Origin: Oceanispirochaeta sp.
GTDB taxonomy: Bacteria > Spirochaetota > Spirochaetia > DSM-2461
DNA length: 64,000 nt
Direction of reading: 5' to 3'
Assembly: GCA_963666275.2 (NCBI GenBank)
Contig: CAXXOA010000001.1
Coordinates: forward strand, 2,016,001 to 2,080,000
The notes under the pieces are model-generated. The model was given only the letters and a program-made list of their open reading frames with translations. It was not told the DNA's origin and made no database searches. This document shows positions 38,850 to 47,132 of the stretch, piece after piece (within the stretch, counting starts at the first letter, position 1; each line of letters begins with the position of its first letter). The position numbers and the translations under genes were made by a program.

Positions 38850-39934
38850 ATTTTCTCCTCTTTATGTATGTATTCGAGAATCACATCTGCCGCGGGAACC
38901 CTGATAAAATCATTGGCTGCAGACTTCATGGATTTCAGCTTATCTTCATCATTCAATATACCATAGATCTCACGGATAAAAATATCCCGGTCTGTATTAT
39001 CCGGGAGGATTACGGACAATCCCGCGGAAGCAAATACTCCGGCATTCTTTATCTGATCCCCCCGGGATCCGCTGACAAGGGGCAGCAGGAGAGAGGGTGT
39101 CCCTGCAGCGGCCAGTTCCCAGAGTGTACCCGCTCCGGCCCGGGATACTGCCAGGTCGGCTTTACGGAAAATGGCCGGAAGCTCCTCATTGATAAAAGGA
39201 AGAGGAAGGTAAAAGGGGTTATCTGAAGGTTTGTAGTTTTTTTCCCCCATCTGATGAATGACAAAAAACTCTTCTGTCAGTGTCTCCAGAGACTTTTCCA
39301 CAAGGCCGTTCAGCTGTTCCGCGCCCAGACTGCCTCCGATCACGACAATCAGCTTTCTGCCCTGTATTTTCTGTTCCAGATCTTCAGGAAGTGTCAGATC
39401 TGAATTGGAAAACTCCTCTCTCACCGGATTCCCGCTGACAACCAGCCTGGGAGCGTATTTCTGTGAAAAGAAACGGAGGCTCTCCTTATAGGGAACAAAT
39501 ATCCGTCGGGCAAAGCGGCTGTTAATTCTGGTGGCAAGACCGGGATCCACATCCGAATCATGGGTCAGGACAGGTATCTTCAAAAGGAAGGCTGCCATAA
39601 CAGGCGGTACACTCACAAATCCGCCTTTGGAGAAAAGGAGAGCCGGCCTTAAACGGCTCAGAAGGAAAAAGGACTGGAAGAAGCCCAGGAGGATCCGGAA
39701 GATATCTGTAAAATTCCGCAGGGAGAAATATCGTCTCAGTTTGCCTGTGCTGACCGAGTGATAGGAGAGTGCCCAGTTCTGAACAAGATTTTTCTCTATT
39801 CCCCTATGGGAACCTATCCAGTGAATATCATATCCCTGTTTCTGCAGTTTCCGGATGACAGGCAGAGCCGGATAAACGTGGCCCCCCGTCCCTCCTCCCG
39901 TGACGGCAATGATCTTCTGTTCCTGTGGTCCCAA
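38846..39934 (-). CDS. murG: Lipid II N-acetylglucosaminyltransferase MurG
   Basis: GGGTGGHVYP, KGGFVS, GNPVR, GGSLGA, SRAG, DQIKNA. TTG start at 39934 with AGGAG 8 nt upstream. Confidence 0.95.
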   Translation of the reverse strand: MGPQEQKIIAVTGGGTGGHVYPALPVIRKLQKQGYDIHWIGSHRGIEKNLVQNWALSYHSVSTGKLRRYFSLRNFTDIFRILLGFFQSFFLLSRLRPALLFSKGGFVSVPPVMAAFLLKIPVLTHDSDVDPGLATRINSRFARRIFVPYKESLRFFSQKYAPRLVVSGNPVREEFSNSDLTLPEDLEQKIQGRKLIVVIGGSLGAEQLNGLVEKSLETLTEEFFVIHQMGEKNYKPSDNPFYLPLPFINEELPAIFRKADLAVSRAGAGTLWELAAAGTPSLLLPLVSGSRGDQIKNAGVFASAGLSVILPDNTDRDIFIREIYGILNDEDKLKSMKSAANDFIRVPAADVILEYIHKEEKI

Positions 39935-40049
39935 AAAAAGTACTCCTTTCTGCTGCGGAAGCAATAATAATTGCCTAAACCTTACAATACCTGACAAAAA
40001 TAATCCATAAATATTTCTTAAGGAATTTCTTTAATTCTGCCGTGCCCTG

Positions 40050-40058
40050 TGTTATAAT
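40050..40058 (+). promoter_or_regulatory. Extended -10 promoter for the small ORF
   Basis: TGtTATAAT upstream of a GAGGAGG RBS. Confidence 0.6.
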
Positions 40059-40091
40059 ATTAATTGTAACAAGCATATGAGGAGGATAGAT

Positions 40092-40184
40092 ATGAATGAC
40101 AATCCACCTAAAACATTAAGCCGGTATACCGGCCTGTCAGATGCATTTTTCAACAGTATTTTCAAGGGAATACTGATACAATAA
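40092..40184 (+). CDS. Unannotated 30-aa small protein (MNDNPPKTLSRYTGLSDAFFNSIFKGILIQ)
   Basis: Strong RBS GAGGAGG 6 nt before the ATG, upstream promoter and downstream terminator. Confidence 0.6.
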   Translation: MNDNPPKTLSRYTGLSDAFFNSIFKGILIQ

Positions 40185-40218
40185 AAGTGTGATATCGCTT
40201 CAGCAAGCGAGTCCGAAC

Positions 40219-40245
40219 AGCCGGCAATTGCCGGCTATTTTTTTT
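40219..40245 (+). terminator. Intrinsic terminator after the small ORF
   Basis: Perfect palindrome AGCCGGCAATTGCCGGCT followed by a T8 tract. Confidence 0.8.
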
Positions 40246-40347
40246 ATAACGCCAAGGCCCGGACGCAGATCAATCGGGGAATAGCAGGATTGTCAGATTG
40301 AACCTTAAAGACCTGGAGAGATTCCTGCTGTGGATGGGATTATAAAT

Positions 40348-40377
40348 AAAAAACAGGATCTCCGAGGATCCTGTTTT
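40348..40377 (-). terminator. Terminator of the tRNA-Val operon
   Basis: AAAACAGGATC...GATCCTGTTTT hairpin immediately 3' of the last tRNA. Confidence 0.8.
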
Positions 40378-40379
40378 AA

Positions 40380-40452
40380 TGGGCGATGAGGGACTTGAAC
40401 CCCCGACATCCTGCTTGTAAGGCAGGCGCTCTCCCAACTGAGCTAATCGCCC
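40380..40452 (-). tRNA. tRNA-Val(TAC), third copy; CCA not encoded
   Basis: GGGCGATTAGCTCAGTTGGGAGAGCGCCTGCCTTACAAGCAGGATGTCGGGGGTTCAAGTCCCTCATCGCCCA cloverleaf. Confidence 0.97.
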
Positions 40453-40521
40453 TTGATAATTTCAAAAACAAAACTGAATCAATTCCAGGCGGTTCCCGAA
40501 GAATCCGTCCCGGAAAAGCTA

Positions 40522-40594
40522 TGGGCGATGAGGGACTTGAACCCCCGACATCCTGCTTGTAAGGCAGGCGCTCTCCCAACTGAGCTAATCGCCC
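40522..40594 (-). tRNA. tRNA-Val(TAC), second copy
   Basis: Identical 73-nt cloverleaf. Confidence 0.97.
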
Positions 40595-40663
40595 TTGATA
40601 ATTTCAAAAACAAAACTGAATCAATTCCAAACGGTTCCCATAGGATCCGTCCCGGAAAAGCTA

Positions 40664-40736
40664 TGGGCGATGAGGGACTTGAACCCCCGACATCCTGCTT
40701 GTAAGGCAGGCGCTCTCCCAACTGAGCTAATCGCCC
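40664..40736 (-). tRNA. tRNA-Val(TAC), first copy
   Basis: Identical 73-nt cloverleaf. Confidence 0.97.
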
Positions 40737-40756
40737 TTATCTGTGCAACGATCAGG

Positions 40757-40785
40757 ACTTTACCATATGGTTCCTGACTGGTCAA
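40757..40785 (-). promoter_or_regulatory. Sigma70-type promoter of the tRNA-Val operon
   Basis: TTGACC-N17-TAAAGT, 20 nt upstream of the first tRNA. Confidence 0.7.
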
Positions 40786-40824
40786 TAGCTTTTGAAAAAA
40801 AAAGGCTTTTCCACTTTTCCCCTC

Positions 40825-41868
40825 TCATTCGTCCTGAATTTCCACCCTGGGATTATGGGAAAAATCCCAGTCGAAAATATAGATTTTGCTATTGGAGGCC
40901 GTTTTAATAATCAGATCGGCTTTTGTGATATCAGCTGTTAAAAGATACTGGATCTCCTCCTGAGAACGCAGGATCTTTCCATCAAGGACCTCTACTCTGT
41001 TTCCGCTTTCCTGATCCATAATATAGATTTCTTTCAGCTCTTCGGTTGTGGAATTTTTAAAAACGAGGGATTTATTTTCCCAGTCTTTGACACGGTCGGA
41101 ATCATAAAAAACAAGAAAGTCACTATCTGAAGAACCATCCAGTGCTTTTTTGAATTCCAGATTATCCGCACTCTTGAGGACTACCTCATATTCCACATCC
41201 GGATCCATAACCAGTTCCAGAGTCAGGCTTTCCTGCGGCCCCAGCACCCTGCCTTCCAGCAGGTTGATCTCCTCTTCCGGACTAAACGGCGTTTCTCCGG
41301 GGGAATCTCCGGGCGGGTCCATCCCTGTTTCTGTAAAGTCAGAAACAGGATGGCAGTAGATTCTGAAAATTCTGTAGTTGGTATAGTTGAAAAGCTCTAC
41401 TTCCGTTTTGAACTGATTTTCCGGTGACTCTTCATCCACAAATGCGTATTCGGTCCTTTCAAAAAAATCAGCACCGTAGACAGCATCGGGATTGTCCATA
41501 TCGTTATAGATATCCATCTCTTCCTGATAGTGCTCGGGAAGAATATAAACAACCGAATGTTCTTCTATAGCCACATTTTCAATGACATAATTTTCGTTGG
41601 CAATTCCAAACAGATAAAAGCTGCAGAATATGAGGTCCTCGGTAGTGCTTATGTGAATATTGTGTCTGGCTCCGGGCTCAAGTCCGGTCAGGCCGAAGTT
41701 GTAATAGTAGTTGGTCTCTTCCTGATCTGTTTCAATCAGAATTTCCTGAAATATGGTTTTCCCCCGGTTCAGGATAGAAAAATCCAGTGCCGTCAGGGAC
41801 GGCACCGGTATAAAAAGAATAATGAGTCCAATAATTCCCGTGTTTAATATTTTCCGTACTCTTTTCAT
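40825..41868 (-). CDS. Hypothetical acidic exported protein with three repeated domains
   Basis: Signal peptide; repeated N-x-T/G...I-Y/L...L-x-P/S-x-E/A pattern. Confidence 0.6.
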   Translation of the reverse strand: MKRVRKILNTGIIGLIILFIPVPSLTALDFSILNRGKTIFQEILIETDQEETNYYYNFGLTGLEPGARHNIHISTTEDLIFCSFYLFGIANENYVIENVAIEEHSVVYILPEHYQEEMDIYNDMDNPDAVYGADFFERTEYAFVDEESPENQFKTEVELFNYTNYRIFRIYCHPVSDFTETGMDPPGDSPGETPFSPEEEINLLEGRVLGPQESLTLELVMDPDVEYEVVLKSADNLEFKKALDGSSDSDFLVFYDSDRVKDWENKSLVFKNSTTEELKEIYIMDQESGNRVEVLDGKILRSQEEIQYLLTADITKADLIIKTASNSKIYIFDWDFSHNPRVEIQDE

Positions 41869-41907
41869 ATTTCCGGCAGTCCCGGGATTCTCCCGGGAAA
41901 TTGCGAA

Positions 41908-42252
41908 TCAGCCCGGAGGCCAGCTCATCTGCCGTTCTCCTAAAATATGGGCATGCAGATATTCCACAGTCTGCTGACCGTTTTTTCCGCAGTTCAAAAC
42001 AATTCTGTAACCGCCCTGATCCAGGTCCAGAGAACTGGCAACCCGGGAAACTGACTGAAAGAACACACCTGTGTCCTGAACGTCCCCGTCCTGAAGTTCA
42101 ATAAAGTTCTGCACTTTCTTTCTGGGAATAACAATCACATGCACTGGAGCCTGCGGATTGATATCCCGGAATGCCATAACATTATCATCTTCATACACAA
42201 TATCTGCCGGAGCTTCTCCGGCCAGGATCTTATCAAAAATAGTAACTTCCAT
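41908..42252 (-). CDS. Histidine triad (HIT) nucleotide-binding protein
   Basis: TIFDKI, AFRDINPQAPVH, QTVEYLHAHILG, WPPG. Confidence 0.93.
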   Translation of the reverse strand: MEVTIFDKILAGEAPADIVYEDDNVMAFRDINPQAPVHVIVIPRKKVQNFIELQDGDVQDTGVFFQSVSRVASSLDLDQGGYRIVLNCGKNGQQTVEYLHAHILGERQMSWPPG

Positions 42253-42323
42253 ACATGTCTCCCGGTTAGGCTATTTTCATATGATCAAAATAATACAATC
42301 AATTTATCAAGCCGTCCAGAGTC

Positions 42324-44609
42324 TCATGAACATTTACTCCAGCCGCATTCAGGACAGGTAACACAGCCGTCACGGAATACCAGTTTGCCATCGCACTCCT
42401 CACATTTGGACTCACCGGCGATAACCTCTTCTCCGTCAAATATATATTTTTTAAGAACCCGGGAGATCACACGCTCAAAGTCTGCAAAATTGGTATCTTT
42501 TGTGAGCTGCTCAATAACAAACTGAAGTGGTGTTCCATGACGGAGGGCCATGGAAATGAACCTGGCAAGAGAGCTGTTGGGCGAGTCGAAAGTTCTTGTA
42601 AAGTCTTTCAGCTTGGCTTCAACGGGACCGGACTCGATCAGAAGATCATAACGGCCTTTTCCCGCCTTTCTCACAATACCGTCAGGGTATTTTTTCAGGT
42701 CTATCAGATCCTGGGGATCATCAACCACAAAGATTTCATACAGGCTTCCGTTGAGGATTCCCACAATGACAATGAACTTCTTTCCTTTCACCTTGATCTG
42801 ATGGATTTCACAGGGGAGATCAACCGGTCTTTCCGGTGCCAGAACACGTTTGATGGTCTGGCTGTCTTTTTTGTCAGAGTACTCCAGTATCCCTTTCATG
42901 CTTCCGTCGGGGTTGAAGGTAGTGAACCCTTTCAGTCCCTTCTTGTAGGCATACATGTAGAGGTCTTTGTATTCATCGAATGTAGTTCCCGGAGGCAGGT
43001 TGAGAGTTTTCGAGATACTGTGGTCAATATATTTCTGAAAGACAGCCTGCATATCAATAGCCTGCCTGGGATTAATATTCATTGTGGTAATGAAATAATC
43101 GGGAACGGAAACTTCTTCCTCTTCGTTATCGTGCATTTCCAGGTATTTCAGCCAGGCGTAGTCATAGACGGTTTCTGATTTTGTCTCATCCTCCAGTCCG
43201 GTGCGGACATTCCTGTCGTACTGGAGGGCGAAGATCGGCTCGATTCCGGAAGAGCAGTTCTGCCCCACCGAAAGAGAGGTAGTTCCTGTAGGAGCAATGG
43301 TATTGAGCTGGATATTCCTCATACCGAAGCGGGAAATCTTCTCTCTGATCTCTTCGGGAAGAGTCATTATAAAATTCGCCTTCAGGAGTTTTTCAATATC
43401 ACAGGCGGGAAATGCGCCCTTCTCTTCGGCCAGATCTGCCGTTGCCGCATAGGAAGTATCCCTCAGAGCCTTTCCGATCTTATCAGCCAGAGCAAGAGAC
43501 TCTTCGCCGCCATAGGGAATCTGAAGCATGGCGAATGTATCGCCCAGAGCGGTGAAACCCAGACCGATCCGTCTCCACTGTTTGGAAAAAGTTTCAATCT
43601 TCTCCAGAGGATACTCGGTTCTCTCAAGAACATTATCCAGGAACCGGACGCCCAGGCCGACGGTTTCCTGGAACCCTTCAAAATCAAATTCCGCCTTATC
43701 TGTAAAGGGATTGGACACAAATTTGGAAAGGTTTACAGCAGATAGGCAGCAAAGAGAATAGGAGGGCATAACAAGCTCTCCGCAGGGATTCACCCTGTCC
43801 ATCTGAAAGGCCCAGTAACCGTTGTTGAATTTTTCCACATGATCTTTATTGAAGATTCCCGGTTCATTGTGGATATAGGAGTTTTTGGCAAGCAGGTCAT
43901 AGAGATAGCGGGCTTTTACAGTTTTGTATATTCTGCCGTCAAACTCCAGGTTCCAGTCCAGGTCTTTTTCTACAGCGTCAATGAACTTATCAGAGATCTT
44001 TACAGAAATATTAAACTGGGTAAGCTCCTTGTTCCTGTCCCCCTGTTTGACGGTGATGAACTCTTCGATGTCGGGGTGAGAGATATCAAGAAGAGCAATA
44101 TGGGCTGACCGTCTCTGGCCGCCGGTCATAATGGTTTTTGCCGACTGGTCGAAAATCCTCAGAAAAGAGATAACACCCGAAGAGTTGCCCCCTTTGGAAA
44201 GGACATCCCCTTTGGGACGGAGCTTGGAAATATCAAATCCCACACCTCCTCCCATCTTGCTGATCATGGCATCCTCTTTCAGAGAATCATAGATTCCCAC
44301 CATGGAATCCTGAATATCAATGGTAAAACAGTTGTTGTAGTTTTTCATGGGACTGTCAGGTCTTGCATTGGCAAGTATTCTTCCTGCGGGAATCAGTTTT
44401 CCCTCAATGAGCTGACTGAAAAACTTCTCTTCAATCTCTGTTCTTATCTCTTTCTTTTCGGGTGAGGCGATCTCCCGGGCAATTCCTCTGAAAACCTCTT
44501 CCGGGCCTTTTTCACCCTGCAGCATATATTTAGTGGTAAATATTTCTTCGCTTAACTTCTGTTCCCATTTGAACTCGACCATTTTCTTCTCTCCTGTTTG
44601 ATCTGCCAT
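42324..44609 (-). CDS. nrdJ: Adenosylcobalamin-dependent (class II) ribonucleotide reductase
   Basis: PAGRILANA, NNCF, NPCGE, TIAPTGT, SSGIEP, SISKT; C-terminal Zn ribbon; no ATP cone. Confidence 0.92.
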   Translation of the reverse strand: MADQTGEKKMVEFKWEQKLSEEIFTTKYMLQGEKGPEEVFRGIAREIASPEKKEIRTEIEEKFFSQLIEGKLIPAGRILANARPDSPMKNYNNCFTIDIQDSMVGIYDSLKEDAMISKMGGGVGFDISKLRPKGDVLSKGGNSSGVISFLRIFDQSAKTIMTGGQRRSAHIALLDISHPDIEEFITVKQGDRNKELTQFNISVKISDKFIDAVEKDLDWNLEFDGRIYKTVKARYLYDLLAKNSYIHNEPGIFNKDHVEKFNNGYWAFQMDRVNPCGELVMPSYSLCCLSAVNLSKFVSNPFTDKAEFDFEGFQETVGLGVRFLDNVLERTEYPLEKIETFSKQWRRIGLGFTALGDTFAMLQIPYGGEESLALADKIGKALRDTSYAATADLAEEKGAFPACDIEKLLKANFIMTLPEEIREKISRFGMRNIQLNTIAPTGTTSLSVGQNCSSGIEPIFALQYDRNVRTGLEDETKSETVYDYAWLKYLEMHDNEEEEVSVPDYFITTMNINPRQAIDMQAVFQKYIDHSISKTLNLPPGTTFDEYKDLYMYAYKKGLKGFTTFNPDGSMKGILEYSDKKDSQTIKRVLAPERPVDLPCEIHQIKVKGKKFIVIVGILNGSLYEIFVVDDPQDLIDLKKYPDGIVRKAGKGRYDLLIESGPVEAKLKDFTRTFDSPNSSLARFISMALRHGTPLQFVIEQLTKDTNFADFERVISRVLKKYIFDGEEVIAGESKCEECDGKLVFRDGCVTCPECGWSKCS

Positions 44610-44732
44610 ACCGTAATGTCTTCGCGGTTTTAAACTCTTTCCGGGAGAAATCCGGAATAACTGAGTAAATGGCTATTATTTATTAGTCAGTAGAAATATT
44701 AATAATACAGGTTCTGCAAAAATTCAAGCACA

Positions 44733-44748
44733 ACCCCATATATTGTGT
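44733..44748. promoter_or_regulatory. NrdR box upstream of nrdJ
   Basis: Minus strand ACACAATATATGGGGT resembles the NrdR consensus acaCwAtATaTwGtgt. Confidence 0.75.
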
Positions 44749-44890
44749 GATTTTTTCACTTTCAAAAATTATTAACGCTAAATAACATTTAAAGCTCCTG
44801 GGGGTTTTATCTATACGGGGTGGGGAAATACACATTGATTATCCCTTCCGGTTTATGGTAAGATCCATAAGGAATTCAACAGGAGATTTT

Positions 44891-46921
44891 ATGGCCTCTC
44901 AGAAGATTAGAAATATTGGCATCATGGCTCATATTGATGCAGGAAAAACAACAACAACAGAAAGAATCCTATTTTACACGGGAAAAAGTCACAGAATCGG
45001 CGAAGTCGATGAGGGCAGTGCTACCATGGACTGGATGGAACAGGAGCAGAACAGGGGTATTACCATTGTTTCCGCAGCCACCACCTGTTACTGGCAGGAT
45101 CATCAGATCAACATAATAGACACTCCCGGCCATGTGGATTTCACAGCCGAAGTAGAGCGTTCCCTGAGAGTTCTGGACGGAGCGGTAGCGGTATTCTGCG
45201 CCGTTGGCGGTGTGGAACCCCAGTCAGAGACAGTATGGCATCAGGCCGATAAATATCAGGTTCCCAGAGTCGCTTTTATCAATAAAATGGACCGGATCGG
45301 GGCGGACTACTTCGAGGTTGTCAAAGAGATAGAGGAGAAGCTCAAGGGCAATCCCATCCCCGTTCAGATTCCCATGGGAGCGGAATCCGCCTATGAAGGC
45401 AATATAGACCTGATTAGAATGCAGGAAATACACTGGAACCCCGACAATCAGGGAACCACCTTCGAATACAGGGAAATCCGTGACGGATACAGGGAGCTGG
45501 CAGACAGCTGGAGAGAGAATCTCATAGATAAACTTTCCGCCTATTCCGATGAAATGACCGAACTCTACCTGGAAGGTCAGGATGTACCGGAAGAGCTGAT
45601 TGCAAAGGTTCTGCGCGATGAAACAATCAATCAGAATATCCTTCCTGTTTTTGTGGGATCTTCTCTGAAGAACAAGGGAGTTCAGCCGGTTCTTGATGCG
45701 GTTGTCTCCTATCTGCCCGCTCCGGAGGATCTTCCCCCTGTAAAATGCCTCCATACGAAAAAAGAAGAATATATTGAGCTTGAACGTTCTGAAAGCGGCC
45801 CTCTGGCAGGACTTATTTTTAAAATCCAGCAGGACAAGGAAGCCGGTTCGCTCTGTTATGTCAGAATCTATTCGGGAGAACTGAAATCCGGTACTGCCAT
45901 AATGAATATCAACAAGAAAAAGCGGGAAAGAGCCAACAGACTTCTCCGGATGCACTCCAATCATCACGAGCAGATCAGCAAGGTATCCGCAGGTGATATC
46001 TGTGTGATTGTTGGAATGAAACTGGCTCAGACAGGAGAAACCATCGGAAGCGAGGGATACCCCGTCCTGCTGGAGGAAATGGACTTTCCCGAGCCTGTCA
46101 TTTCCGTTGCGATTGAACCGAAAACCATGAGCGATCAGGATAAGCTGCGCAATGTGCTGGATACTCTTCAGAAAGAGGATCCCACTTTTAAAGTAGCGGA
46201 GAATGAAGAGACCGGACAGCTTATCATTTCAGGAATGGGAGAGCTTCATATCGACGTTCTTGTCACCAGAATCATCAATGATTATAAAGTCGCGGCCAAC
46301 ATAGGGAACCCCCAGGTTTCCTACAGGGAATCGATCACACAGACTGTTACCCACAAGGAAGAATTTCACAGGCAGCTGGCGGGTAAGGAAAATGATGCTG
46401 TGATCACTCTGAAAGTGGAACCTCTCCCCCGGGGAGAAGGAAAACTGTTTGTCAGTGAAGTGAGCAAGGGAAAACTGCCGGCGGAACTGCAGAAGGCTGT
46501 CGAAAGGGGTGTCCTGAACGCCATGCAGTCGGGAACTCTGATGGGTTACGCCACCATAGATATCAAAGCCACCCTTGTGGATGCCCAGTACAACGAGCTG
46601 ACATCCACCGAACTGGCCTTTGAAACTGCCGGTGCCCTGGGATTCGACAATGCCTGCAGGACAGCCTCTCCTGTGCTTCTCGAACCCATCATGCATGTGG
46701 ATATTATGTGTCCCTCCGAATACGTGGGCGATGTAATCAGCCAGCTGACCCAGCGGGGGGGAATGGTGAATTCCATGGAATCCCGGCCGGCCTATGAGCT
46801 TGTAAAAGCCCAGGCGCCCCTGGTCAGCATGTTCGGCTACACAACCTCTCTGAGAAGTCAGACCCAGGGGCGGGGAACTTTCTCCATGGAATTTTCCCAC
46901 TTTGCCATGAAATCCCAATAA
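44891..46921 (+). CDS. fusA: Elongation factor G paralogue, spirochaete EF-G2 (recycling) type
   Basis: [34 protein letters not shown] before ATG 44891; degenerate domain IV loops. Confidence 0.92.
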   Translation: MASQKIRNIGIMAHIDAGKTTTTERILFYTGKSHRIGEVDEGSATMDWMEQEQNRGITIVSAATTCYWQDHQINIIDTPGHVDFTAEVERSLRVLDGAVAVFCAVGGVEPQSETVWHQADKYQVPRVAFINKMDRIGADYFEVVKEIEEKLKGNPIPVQIPMGAESAYEGNIDLIRMQEIHWNPDNQGTTFEYREIRDGYRELADSWRENLIDKLSAYSDEMTELYLEGQDVPEELIAKVLRDETINQNILPVFVGSSLKNKGVQPVLDAVVSYLPAPEDLPPVKCLHTKKEEYIELERSESGPLAGLIFKIQQDKEAGSLCYVRIYSGELKSGTAIMNINKKKRERANRLLRMHSNHHEQISKVSAGDICVIVGMKLAQTGETIGSEGYPVLLEEMDFPEPVISVAIEPKTMSDQDKLRNVLDTLQKEDPTFKVAENEETGQLIISGMGELHIDVLVTRIINDYKVAANIGNPQVSYRESITQTVTHKEEFHRQLAGKENDAVITLKVEPLPRGEGKLFVSEVSKGKLPAELQKAVERGVLNAMQSGTLMGYATIDIKATLVDAQYNELTSTELAFETAGALGFDNACRTASPVLLEPIMHVDIMCPSEYVGDVISQLTQRGGMVNSMESRPAYELVKAQAPLVSMFGYTTSLRSQTQGRGTFSMEFSHFAMKSQ

Positions 46922-46980
46922 GAGCTTTTTCTCCCTGCAGAGAGGAAGCGCTATCTTTATATAATTAAAAGAAAAGCGAT

Positions 46981-47013
46981 AGGCCGTTCCTGTTTAGGGG
47001 CGGCTTTTTTTTT
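46981..47013 (+). terminator. Intrinsic terminator
   Basis: GGCCGTTCCT...AGGGGCGGCT hairpin followed by a T tract. Confidence 0.75.
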
Positions 47014-47066
47014 CGCGGCTCCCCGGGAATACCAGTTCCGGCGTAAGAGAAAAAAGTGTTTTTTAT

Positions 47067-47096
47067 TTGACGGTCTTTCAATTCCGGACCTATGAT
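47067..47096 (+). promoter_or_regulatory. Sigma70-type promoter for the second EF-G gene
   Basis: TTGACG-N18-TATGAT. Confidence 0.6.
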
Positions 47097-47132
47097 GGAA
47101 GTATCATTTTATCCATTCAAGGGGGAATTAAG

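Noticed and set aside
40250..40345. Possible pairing ATAGCAGGA / TCCTGCTGT between two terminators
   Set aside because: A single short stem with no promoter or known RNA motif.
40376..40777. Short repeated ORFs and a CRISPR-like repeat/spacer appearance
   Set aside because: The repeats are tRNA-Val genes, the spacers are near-identical, and there are no cas genes.
42324..44609. Possible intein or intron in nrdJ
   Set aside because: The motifs are contiguous, the length is ordinary, and no splicing or endonuclease motifs were seen.
47067..47132. ORF-track TTG start for the second EF-G gene
   Set aside because: The TTG is the -35 box; ATG 47133 has a GGGGG RBS and matches EF-G N-termini.
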